The position numbers and the translations under genes are program-made. A DNA stretch of 32,000 nucleotides from an uncultured Thermofilaceae archaeon (GTDB taxonomy: Archaea; Thermoproteota; Thermoprotei; Thermofilales; Thermofilaceae): NCBI GenBank assembly GCA_938036345.1, contig CALHPJ010000016.1, positions 1 through 32,000 on the forward strand, given 5' to 3'. This document shows positions 1-8,600 of the stretch, one piece after another (within the stretch, counting starts at the first letter, position 1; every line of letters begins with the position of its first letter). The notes below the pieces were generated by a model. The model was given only the letters and a program-made list of their open reading frames with translations. It made no database searches and was not told the origin of the DNA.

Positions 1-1010
1 TCAACCTTTGTGACTATCTTCGCGCCGGTCGCTCTCGCAAGCTTCTCCATATCGCTCTTCTTCACCCTGCGGACCGCCAGAATCCCCGCCTTCGCCAAGT
101 AGTACTGAGCCAAGTCGTCAATACCCTTCTGGCAAAACACCGCATTAGCGCCAGAAGCCTTAATCCTCTCAACCATATCCCTCAGAAGAGTTGCCTCCTG
201 CTCCAGGAACATCCTCAGCTGCTCTGGGTTGGTCACATTTATTTTGGCTGTCCATTCCGGCTTCTCGACCTCGAGGGGGGCATCAATTAGCGCAATCTTC
301 GCTCTCTCAACCCGCTTCGGCATAGCTGGGTGGACGACTTCTTTGTCCAAAACAATGCCTTTAATCAACTGGGTATCGGTTAAAGCTTCTCCCTTCTTCT
401 TCTCAACCTTTATGTTATCTAGCGATAAGTCGAATTTTCCATCCTTTCTTTCGATGACCGTTAACGCGGCATCAACCACTACATTTGCTAAGAAGTCTCT
501 GTATTCGGCCACAACCTTACTCGACAGCGCCGTCAACGCTATGTTCCTTAAAACGTCTCTGTTCAATGGATCCACGGACTCTGCGATTTTATCGACTGTT
601 CCTATAAGGAACTCCATGGCCTTCTCGAAGCCCTCGGCAATAATGGACGGGTGTACCTCTTGGTCGAGGAGTTCTCCAGCCTGAACCAGCAGCTGACCTG
701 CTAGTACGACTACAGATGTCGTACCATCACCTACCTCATCGTCCTGGGCTTTAGCGACCTCTACTAGCATTTTAGCCGCTGGATGCTGAACCTCCATTTC
801 TTTCAAGATTGTAGCGCCATCGCCGGTTATTGTCGCATTACCGAAGGAATCTATCAGCAGCTTGTCCATGCCTCTAGGCCCGAGCGATGTGGCTAGGGCC
901 TCGGAAATAACTCTGGCAGCATAAATGTTAGACCTTCTCGCATCCCTACCTGTTGCTCTGGTAGAGCCCTCCTTTAGTATTAGTACAGGTATAGCTGATT
1001 GAGCTGACAT
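1..1010 (-). CDS. ths: Thermosome (group II chaperonin) subunit, N-terminal ~336 codons; the 3' end lies beyond the window edge
   Basis: Absent from the ORF track because it is open at the window edge. My translation from the ATG (reverse complement of cat at 1008-1010) reads [57 protein letters not shown]... followed by a GDGTTS stretch, which are typical group II chaperonin motifs. Confidence 0.93.
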   Translation of the reverse strand, partial: MSAQSAIPVLILKEGSTRATGRDARRSNIYAARVISEALATSLGPRGMDKLLIDSFGNATITGDGATILKEMEVQHPAAKMLVEVAKAQDDEVGDGTTSVVVLAGQLLVQAGELLDQEVHPSIIAEGFEKAMEFLIGTVDKIAESVDPLNRDVLRNIALTALSSKVVAEYRDFLANVVVDAALTVIERKDGKFDLSLDNIKVEKKKGEALTDTQLIKGIVLDKEVVHPAMPKRVERAKIALIDAPLEVEKPEWTAKINVTNPEQLRMFLEQEATLLRDMVERIKASGANAVFCQKGIDDLAQYYLAKAGILAVRRVKKSDMEKLARATGAKIVTKV

Positions 1011-1040
1011 AATGGCACCAGTAGGTGCTTTATTCGCTTC

Positions 1041-1049
1041 TATATAAAC
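1041..1049 (-). promoter_or_regulatory. TATA-box-like element upstream of the thermosome gene
   Basis: The minus strand reads TTTATATAG about 30 nt upstream of the ATG at 1010, an archaeal promoter spacing that implies a short or absent leader. Confidence 0.5.
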
Positions 1050-1099
1050 ATTTTTCTAGGATAACGCTTTTAGCTGCGCTTTTGCACTACAGGAAGTGA

Positions 1100-1543
1100 G
1101 TGATGAGAAAAGAGAAGCTAAAAGAGGAGTTAGGGTTAACAGCGGTTTTCGCAACCATAGTGGCTGTTTCCTTGTTTGTAGTAGCCCCCCTAGCTTTAGG
1201 CACTGATACACCACTGGCAGTCGTTTCTAGCTGGAGCATGGAACCTACACTACATGTAGGCGACATAATAGTGGTATACGGGAGGGATAGAATCAGGGAA
1301 GGCGATATAGTAGTATACGTAAGTGCAAGTGGCACATTGATAGTTCACAGAGTAATAGCAATCGAAGAAGGTGCATTTGGATTGGTTTATGTGACCAAGG
1401 GGGATGCCAACCCCACTCCCGATACCCCGGTACCTCCATCGAGAGTGAAGGGGAAAGTGATCCTGGTGATACCCTATCTGGGCAATATAAAACTGCTTTT
1501 CGAGCGGATGTTTGTAAGCCCTTACTCTTTGATCCGCGTATAA
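1100..1543 (+). CDS. Signal peptidase I, archaeal Sec11/S26B type
   Basis: N-terminal TM segment followed by SSWSMEPTLHVGDIIVV (catalytic Ser box), then VHRVI and TKGDANP boxes. 147 aa. Confidence 0.85.
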   Translation: MMRKEKLKEELGLTAVFATIVAVSLFVVAPLALGTDTPLAVVSSWSMEPTLHVGDIIVVYGRDRIREGDIVVYVSASGTLIVHRVIAIEEGAFGLVYVTKGDANPTPDTPVPPSRVKGKVILVIPYLGNIKLLFERMFVSPYSLIRV

Positions 1544-1603
1544 TACGCTAAGACCCTCTCTATGGGCAGGCTCTAGTGCGGCTGCTGAGAAAGCGTAAGA
1601 AGC

Positions 1604-1621
1604 TTTATAAGCGTTTTTAAA
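1604..1621 (+). promoter_or_regulatory. Two adjacent TATA-like elements upstream of tbp
   Basis: TTTATAAG at 1604-1611 and TTTTTAAA at 1614-1621. The second sits about 25 nt upstream of 1644. Confidence 0.4.
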
Positions 1622-1643
1622 GCCCTCCTGAACGGGGAGGGAT

Positions 1644-2198
1644 ATTCCTAAACCAACTTACAGGATTGAGAATGTTGTAGCATCAGTTACCCTAAATCAA
1701 AGGTTAAACCTGGAAAAAATAGCTGAGAGAGTGCCACATGCTGAGTATTCACCTGAACAGTTTCCAGGTCTTGTGCTAAGAATACCTAAACCCAAAACCG
1801 CTACCTTAATCTTCTCGAGCGGTAAAATGGTTTGCACTGGTGCTAAGTCTGAAAAAGAAGTGCGTAAAGCAGTTAACACAATAATTAATCTACTAAGGAA
1901 CCATAGCATAGAAGTTAAAGGCGAACCCATAATAGAGATACAAAACATAGTCGCAAGTGCTAATCTCAAAGCCTTAGTGGACTTGGAGCGGGCGGCTTAT
2001 CTGTTAGAAAACAGCATGTACGAGCCGGAGCAGTTTCCGGGTTTAATTTACAGGATGGATGGCCCGAAAGTGGTGCTTTTAATTTTCTCGAGCGGCAAAG
2101 TTGTATGCACGGGCGCACGAAAAGAGGAGGAAGTACAAGAGGCCATCAATAAACTCTATGATAAACTCGATCAGCTTCAAGCCTTAATACTCCAGTAG
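1644..2198 (+). CDS. tbp: TATA-box binding protein (TBP); the 5' end is uncertain
   Basis: Two TBP repeats: IENVVASVTLNQRLNLEKIAERVPHAEYSPEQFPGLVLRI...FSSGKMVCTGAKS and IQNIVASANLKALVDLERAAYLLENSMYEPEQFPGLIYRM...FSSGKVVCTGARK. The ORF track starts at GTG 1731, but the same frame is open from 1632 (stop TGA at 1629-1631) and encodes the start of repeat 1. There is no ATG, GTG or TTG in 1632-1730, so ATT 1644 is only a guess for the start. Confidence 0.9.
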   Translation: MPKPTYRIENVVASVTLNQRLNLEKIAERVPHAEYSPEQFPGLVLRIPKPKTATLIFSSGKMVCTGAKSEKEVRKAVNTIINLLRNHSIEVKGEPIIEIQNIVASANLKALVDLERAAYLLENSMYEPEQFPGLIYRMDGPKVVLLIFSSGKVVCTGARKEEEVQEAINKLYDKLDQLQALILQ

Positions 2199-2211
2199 CC
2201 CGGGATTCCAT

Positions 2212-2688
2212 ATGGCTGAGTACGTAGTCAGGATGTTTAGACCCGAGGACTTGGATGAAGTTATAAAAATTAATCGGGAAAATCTTCCCGAAAACTATCC
2301 TCCGTTTTTCTTTAAATTGCATTATGAAAACTTTCCGCAGGCTTTCCTTGTGGCCGAATCTGGTGGGAAAGTAATTGGCTACATAATGTGTAGAGTCGAA
2401 AACGGAAAGCTTTACACCAAGCACGGTGTGGGAAGGCAAGGGCACATAGTGTCAATAGCAGTTATCCCTGAAATGAGGGGTAGAGGTGTGGGAACGGAAC
2501 TGATGAAGAAGGCCATGAAAGCTCTTCATGATGTCTATGGCGTTGAAGAGTATTACTTGGAAGTTCGCGTATCGAATATACCAGCCATAAACCTCTACAC
2601 AAAATTGGGTTTTGAAAAAGTTAAAATCCTGAAGGGTTACTACTTAAACGGCGAAGATGCATATTTAATGGCTAAACAAGCTCTGTGA
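2212..2688 (+). CDS. N-alpha-acetyltransferase, GNAT family (archaeal Ard1/RimI-like)
   Basis: GNAT acetyl-CoA motif IAVIPEMRGRGVGTELM, plus YLEVRVSNIPAINLYTKLGF. It starts 13 nt downstream of the tbp stop and is probably co-transcribed. Confidence 0.85.
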   Translation: MAEYVVRMFRPEDLDEVIKINRENLPENYPPFFFKLHYENFPQAFLVAESGGKVIGYIMCRVENGKLYTKHGVGRQGHIVSIAVIPEMRGRGVGTELMKKAMKALHDVYGVEEYYLEVRVSNIPAINLYTKLGFEKVKILKGYYLNGEDAYLMAKQAL

Positions 2689-2695
2689 ATCGATG

Positions 2696-3628
2696 TCAAG
2701 TTTTTAATTGCACCATTAAGTTATTTAGCAAATCGTTTGCATCTTTTTCGCGGCTAAGTTTAGAGTAAACGGCCAGACCAATAAATCTATCTAGATTCCT
2801 ATCGTACCATAGGTTACCTATAAAAATCTTTTTCATGCTTTTTAGTATATGGAAAGTTGATCCTTTAATTTTAAAAGTATTATCTTCAACTTCTTCATAC
2901 TTTATCTTAGGAAGATCTACCTTTGTAACCTTTTTAAAATCTTTAATGACGTTCTTTTCGAACCATTCCACCGCTCCCTTTTTGAATCTACCCATCAGCA
3001 TACTGGCCAACCCGCTATAACTCACAATAGTGTACTCTTCCAACTTTTCTTTTGAAAAAATGCAGTACGAAGATAGGGTGGTGAATTTCGCTGATACTAG
3101 CTTGTACTCTTGGGGCATGTACAAGTTGAATAAAAGCAGAGACCATGTCGCGCGCTCGGATAGCGAGGTGTAATGGCACTTTACACTTTTAAGAATTTTT
3201 TTCAGCAATTCTTCCTCTTCTTCAACCCTGTATGGCGTAAACGTTAATGAAACGGCTCTTTCACTTTTTTCACAGTACCAAAGAACCGCCTTCATGGGCG
3301 CTCCTGCTACTCTGAAGGTCCAAAGAAGCCCGTTATGGCCAGCTATTTCGATTTCCTCCTTATGTACATGCTTTACTTCGACTTCCATGCGTTTTTTCCT
3401 GAGTTCCTTCAACCGTTCTTCCCATGCTTTTTGGTATACGCTTAACATCTCGTTTAGGCTCTTTGCTTTTTCGAAGGGAACTCTTTCTAAGGTTATCTCC
3501 AGCCTGACATTTGCGCTATCTGCTATTCTAAAAAACTCGGCATTGCCACTCGCTCCTTCAGCCACTATATCCCATTCATTCGGAACTGAAAGCTCAAAGT
3601 GCCTCCAACCTACTTGTTTCAGCGACAT
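2696..3628 (-). CDS. Hypothetical protein built from two tandem ~150-aa repeats of an unknown domain
   Basis: Long ORF of 310 aa. The two halves share W..(F/L).L..P.E near their starts and LWY......R...L....(acidic)..LL..L...K near their ends. I recognise no family. Confidence 0.6.
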   Translation of the reverse strand: MSLKQVGWRHFELSVPNEWDIVAEGASGNAEFFRIADSANVRLEITLERVPFEKAKSLNEMLSVYQKAWEERLKELRKKRMEVEVKHVHKEEIEIAGHNGLLWTFRVAGAPMKAVLWYCEKSERAVSLTFTPYRVEEEEELLKKILKSVKCHYTSLSERATWSLLLFNLYMPQEYKLVSAKFTTLSSYCIFSKEKLEEYTIVSYSGLASMLMGRFKKGAVEWFEKNVIKDFKKVTKVDLPKIKYEEVEDNTFKIKGSTFHILKSMKKIFIGNLWYDRNLDRFIGLAVYSKLSREKDANDLLNNLMVQLKT

Positions 3629-3659
3629 GGCTGCATTTTAGTTAGGCATACTGGCATTT

Positions 3660-3700
3660 AAAGTTCGCTCACACTATACTTAAAATAGTGAGCGAACTTT
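3660..3700. repeat. Perfect 13-bp inverted repeat with a 15-nt spacer in a divergent promoter region
   Basis: AAAGTTCGCTCAC (3660-3672) and GTGAGCGAACTTT (3688-3700). The spacer ACTATACTTAAAATA is TATA-like on the minus strand, 45-55 nt upstream of the ATG at 3628. Confidence 0.85.
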
Positions 3701-3797
3701 ATACTTGAGTTTTAACGCGCTGTGCAGCCCAGTTGCAGCGCCGGGTGAGAAACGCAAACGTTTTAAAAGATTAACCGTTGAGGAGCGGGGTTCGGAG

Positions 3798-3953
3798 ATG
3801 CCAATAAGAGATCCGGAGAAGCTGCAGCTGGCATTAGAAAGTAACTTCAAGGTTAAAATCTGCAGGAAGTGTGGTTCGCGTAACTCGTGGAATGCCGAGC
3901 GATGCAGAAGATGCAAAAGTCGCGACTTAAGGCCGAAGAGGTATAAGAAGTGA
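3798..3953 (+). CDS. rpl40e: Ribosomal protein L40e
   Basis: MPIRDPEKLQLALESNFKVKICRKCGSRNSWNAERCRRCKSRDLRPKRYKK, a 51-aa CxxC...CxxC zinc ribbon of typical L40e length. GGAG lies just upstream of the ATG at 3798. I consider the 82-aa version in the ORF track (TTG 3705) over-extended. Confidence 0.88.
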   Translation: MPIRDPEKLQLALESNFKVKICRKCGSRNSWNAERCRRCKSRDLRPKRYKK

Positions 3954-4009
3954 TCAATTTATTCCTGGCACCTTACAATAGTGACTGACCATGTTTTCTT
4001 TTATCGAAG

Positions 4010-4618
4010 CTACCTTATGTGTTCCCTAGCATACACGTAAATCCCGTCGAGAACGCCGGGTCCACCTTCTCGCCCATGCGGGCACAACCTGTATTTGCCG
4101 CGAAGCCTTACGGCGTCCCGAATGTTTGCGGCAGTTTGCGCTACAGCTTCCTTGTCAACGCCTTCAATGACCACTTCGTCTTTCTCAACTTTAACCTTAA
4201 TGCCAGGTACGATACGGGCCGTTATTTTACCGCGCCTGCCTAGAAAATTCTCTATTACAACTATGTTGTTTTTCTCGTCAACCTTAATATTCATCGGGAA
4301 ATGCGCATATACCACTTTCATTTTATATCTATATCCTTTTTGAACTCCCTTTATCATATTATTAATCAAAGAATATAATAAGTTAACTATAGAATAAGTT
4401 TTCTTTTCAACCATAAATGCCTCTAACACTATCTTACCGTTCTCTAGACGTACCTCGACATTCTTAATATGGGATACATCTTTCTCTATGCTGCCTAGGG
4501 GGCCATCTACCCTGATGCGTTGGCCGTCTATAGCTACTTTCACACCAGACGGTATCTCCAGCTCTCTCCTGACGTACTCTGCCTTCAAGGCCAAATCCCC
4601 TAAGCTCGCCCTCAGCAT
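4010..4618 (-). CDS. rpl6: Ribosomal protein L6 (uL6)
   Basis: KGYRYKMKVVYAHFPMNIKV, VAQTAANIRDA and LDGIYVY closely resemble the crenarchaeal L6 sequences I remember. I chose ATG 4618 (MLRASLGDLALKAEYVRRELEIPSGV) rather than TTG 4690. Confidence 0.82.
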   Translation of the reverse strand: MLRASLGDLALKAEYVRRELEIPSGVKVAIDGQRIRVDGPLGSIEKDVSHIKNVEVRLENGKIVLEAFMVEKKTYSIVNLLYSLINNMIKGVQKGYRYKMKVVYAHFPMNIKVDEKNNIVVIENFLGRRGKITARIVPGIKVKVEKDEVVIEGVDKEAVAQTAANIRDAVRLRGKYRLCPHGREGGPGVLDGIYVYAREHIR

Positions 4619-4785
4619 TCCTTTAAATGTTTTGGACACCAAGCAGCGTATAGCGCTATCGAAAGGTGTAAAAATGAAGGTGCGTCGCAAGCTTATTCCC
4701 CAACTTTAAACTGAGATCTGATTTCCCCGAATCTAGAAAAACTTATAAAACCTCCGCGGTAAAAGTTTCTCGTCAACGGGGGAGA

Positions 4786-5076
4786 ATGAGCGACATACTG
4801 GAAGAACTGTATAAAAGCGTACAACAGGAGCAAGAAATAGTGAAGATACGTTTAGAGAAAAGGCGTGGATCACGCTATGTAACTGTGATCGAGGGGGTGG
4901 ATGAAAAACTCTACGACCATAGGGAAATTGTGTCCTTCTTTAAGAACAAGTTAGCATGTGGAGGAACCGTTAAGAATGGCAAAATAGAACTGCAGGGTGA
5001 TCATAGGTACAAAGTTAGAGACATGCTAGTTAACCTAATTGGAATATCTCCAACGAACATAATAGTTGAAGAGTAA
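4786..5076 (+). CDS. sui1: Translation initiation factor aIF1 / SUI1
   Basis: RYVTVIEGVD...KLACGGTVKNGKIELQGDHRYKVRDML, a SUI1 domain of 96 aa. A GGGGGAG Shine-Dalgarno-like sequence precedes the ATG. Confidence 0.9.
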   Translation: MSDILEELYKSVQQEQEIVKIRLEKRRGSRYVTVIEGVDEKLYDHREIVSFFKNKLACGGTVKNGKIELQGDHRYKVRDMLVNLIGISPTNIIVEE

Positions 5077-5113
5077 TAATTATTTTTAATTAATTTTTAA
5101 TATTTTGTTGTTT

Positions 5114-5656
5114 TTATTTATCAATCCCCTTACTTTCTAGCTTCACGAGTTCAGTCAGGCGCTTTACACCGCCTATCTCCCGTATTATGCGCGCCACAGC
5201 CGGGGGTACGAACGTCTCCCATCCAGCGTCTTCGGCTATAATCCTCCTAATCTTTGTCCCCTCGTAGACCTCCCTTTCTAGAAAAGGGATACCTACAACT
5301 TCGTAACCCGCCTCTTCAAAGAGCAGGCGGGTTAAGGGTTCGTTGGTATACACTCTTCTGAAACGAGGGCATAGTGACACAACCGTTTGAACCCAAAGGG
5401 AATGTTTTCCGTCCGTGTCGGGCACTGCTGCTAGAATCACTCTCTCCCATAACCCCTCCTCCTTAAGTGCTGTAGCGATCATCTCCAATCTCTCGCCTAA
5501 AGTGAAAGGGTTTTTAAAGCTATGAGAGTATTGCGCACTGCCAACTGCGACAACAACTTCAGCCTCCCTACTTAATATCCACTTGAGAGCATGTAGGTGA
5601 CCTTTATGAAAGGGTTGAAAGCGGCCTATGAAGAGGGCGCGGTCAATACCGGACAA
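5114..5656 (-). CDS. nadM: Nicotinamide-nucleotide adenylyltransferase (archaeal NMNAT)
   Basis: N-terminal ALFIGRFQPFHKGHLHALKWIL, the (H/T)xGH nucleotidyltransferase motif as found in archaeal NMNAT. 180 aa. The start overlaps the rgy stop by 14 nt. Confidence 0.88.
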   Translation of the reverse strand: MSGIDRALFIGRFQPFHKGHLHALKWILSREAEVVVAVGSAQYSHSFKNPFTLGERLEMIATALKEEGLWERVILAAVPDTDGKHSLWVQTVVSLCPRFRRVYTNEPLTRLLFEEAGYEVVGIPFLEREVYEGTKIRRIIAEDAGWETFVPPAVARIIREIGGVKRLTELVKLESKGIDK

Positions 5657-8600
5657 CTGTCATCACCTCGTTGTAAAAGTCTTTTAACGCTCTCAAATAC
5701 TCCACCTCCCCTCTCTCAATCCTATCCATTATCTCCTCTACTTTCCTGGTTCTTTCCACGGATACTAACTGCCGGTACCTCTCCTCGGACGATAAGTAGT
5801 TGAATACGTCTATGCCCAACCTTGTGGGTATTAAACGATGCCTCTTGGTTTCTACAACATACTTTCTTTCGAGGAGTACGGCAATTATTTTCGCGTAAGT
5901 TGAAGGTCTTCCAATGCCCTCCTCCTTCATGCGAGCAACGAGGTCTGCCTGAGTGTAAAGTCTCTCAGCTGGCATCTTCCTCCGCCTAACTTCAGACACT
6001 GTATAGGATCCCGGCTCGATCCGCGCTAGCTTGAAGGGCATATAAACTGCCGTAAAACCATGTTCTACTATATCGGAATAAAAAGTCAGCTCCTTTGAAT
6101 AGTTTTTCACCTTCACGTTGTACTTTGCAATCTTAACCACGGCCTCGCTCATCTGGCTAGCCATAAAGCGGCGGAATATCAGGTCGTACAGGCGGATATG
6201 CGCATTGGTTAATGGTCTAGCTAACTGTAATATGCCCTGGTTCACCAGTGCCTTCAAAGTATCTGCATCGTGGGGTCTAGTGGGCCTTATACACTCATGG
6301 GTCCCCGGAGGTCCCCAGGAACGGCCCCTAAATACTGCCTCGCCGAATTTCTCAGCAATGTAGCTTTTAGCGATCCCCACCCCGACACTCGAAACATGGG
6401 GGCTGTCAGTCCTATGGTAGGTTATTAAACCCATTTCAAAAAGATCTTGTGCAAGTCTCATGGTTTCTTCTACTCCAAAACCTAGGCTCTGCATCGCTTC
6501 TCTCAGCAAGGTATCGGTGGTTAATGGAGGAGGAGGGGCCATTTTAACTGATTCTACCCCCTGAAGCTCAATCACCGCTACTGAGCCTTTAAGTTCTTTA
6601 GCTACCTCGCTTGCCGCCTTCTCTAAATTATCCAACTCTAAAGTTATTATAAGTCCGTTCTCTAATCTTAATTTGAATATAGTTCTAAAGCTTTTCTTAA
6701 CTTTTTCATACTGTTCTATTACCCAGCCCAGTACCGGCGTTTGAACCCTCCCTGCCGAAAGCCACTGCTTCCCAAACGCGTTCCACAGCTTTTGGCTTAG
6801 CGAGAAACCTATCCACCTGTCCTCTATCCTGCGCACCAACTGTGCCTCAACCCTTTTCACATCGATGATCCGGGGATTCGCTATAGCCTCCTCGAACGCG
6901 CGCCGTGTAACCTCGTGAAACTCTATTCGCTCGATCCTCTTTGCATAAGGTTTGAGCAGCACGTAAAGATCCCACGCTATCTTCTCTCCCTCTGTATCCG
7001 GATCCGTTGCAAGAAAAACAGTATCAATCTCGCTTGCAACTTCCCTTAGAGCGTCGATTACAGCCTGCTGGTCAATTAAGTTGGTAGAGTTGCAGTAGGG
7101 GCATACGTACCCATTGCCGGGTACCGTAAATTGCTCACCGCAGTTCAGGCACCTCTTTATAGTAGCATAAATCGGAACAAACTTCCCATCGCTTACTAGG
7201 ACACCCCAGAAACCCTCGTCTGTAACGAGGTCTATTACGTGGCCTCTGCTTGCTGCGATTAGGAGGATGTAACCGCCGGAGCTGACTTCGTATACGTTAA
7301 TTGCATTAAGTTTACGCATCGAGGGCCTCCCAAAGAAGGAAGCTATTGTGCGTGCTTTAGTTGGTGACTCCACGACAACTAGGGCTGTCCTAACGATATC
7401 GGCAGCCCCCTGCTTCACTTCCCCTTTAGCGAAGCTTATAATGAGCTCCCTATCCCTATCCACTTCACTTACTACTTTACTTAAATTCAATTCATCGAAC
7501 CTAACCCAACTACATTCGTCGGTGTACCAGCTTACCTGTTTTTGCAGCGCTGTTAACAATTTCTCGTCGTCAGCAATTACTACGGAGAGGCCCTTTGATA
7601 TACCCCCCGCGAACATCCGCGATGTCCTACCCGTAGCCTGCAAGTACGTGGGTGCATCAGGTATCAGTAGAAATGGCTTGCCGTTCATCAAACGTATCGA
7701 GGCGACGGCCCTCTCCTCCAAGGCTTTTAAGATCTCGCTCCTGGAAATTAGCTCCTTCAGGATAGCGCGCAGCTCGAGGACCTGGCCGTATATTTGACCC
7801 AGAAAGCCATCCGGTCTCTTGCTGGCGTTCAATGCTTCGGAGAGAACTCTAAAGGATTGAATCTCCAAATCCCTGAGACGCCGTCTTAGGCTAGTGGTTA
7901 ATCTGTCTAGTCTAGCCGCCTCACTGCCGGACAAAACGCTCCTGAGTGCCTGTGCAATCTGTAAAAGCCTGAGGGGGTTTGCTTCCTCGACCTCAGCGGA
8001 GAACTTGAAGTGGGGTGTACCGGCGAATATAGCATATCTGATTATATGCGGGAGATCTATACCTCTGACCAGTAGACCGTAGTATGTGGCATAACCTATG
8101 AGAACATCTAGCTCACCATTCTCAAATCTCGAGAAAGCCTTCTTGCTTTTTGAGGTGACAAGCTCAGCCTTGATCCCCTTCTCAGCGAGAAGCGTGAGAA
8201 GCTTCTCTACGCGTTCACTCGAAACGCCGGGCTGGATGAAGATAAGGCCTCCTCTACCGAGCCTTGAAGCCACCTCAGCTACGTGTTTTTCGAGGTCCCC
8301 TTCGCTGACCAGCAAGTATGAATCGACCACGTTTCTCAGCAACTCCGTGCGTGAACCAATCTCGAAACCTAGTAGTTCTCTGAAAAGCTTGACCTTCAGG
8401 CCTCTCGGCCGGCCGGTAGCTGTAGAAACGACTAGTACACCTATTTCCCTGTTGGATGTCAACTCCTTAAGCTTCTGTCTAGCTTCATTTAATTCGTGTA
8501 ACCTATCTTCCGAGAACCTACTTTTGCTCACAGTCAAACGCAATATTTTGTTTGCCATGTTTATGGCTTCTTGAGATAGACCTAATAATAAAAGGATTCT

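Noticed and set aside
229-684. 151-aa plus-strand ORF
   Set aside because: It lies entirely antisense to the clearly recognisable thermosome gene. The composition is Ser/Thr/Ala-rich and low in complexity, typical of a shadow ORF.
3705-3797. N-terminal extension of L40e (82-aa version from TTG 3705)
   Set aside because: L40e proteins are about 50 aa. The extension has no homology-like features. ATG 3798 has a GGAG just upstream and a TATA-like TTTTAAAA about 30 nt upstream.
4619-4690. TTG-initiated 24-residue N-terminal extension of L6
   Set aside because: The conserved L6 N-terminus (EYVRRELEIPSGV) begins shortly after ATG 4618, and the extension is unlike any L6.
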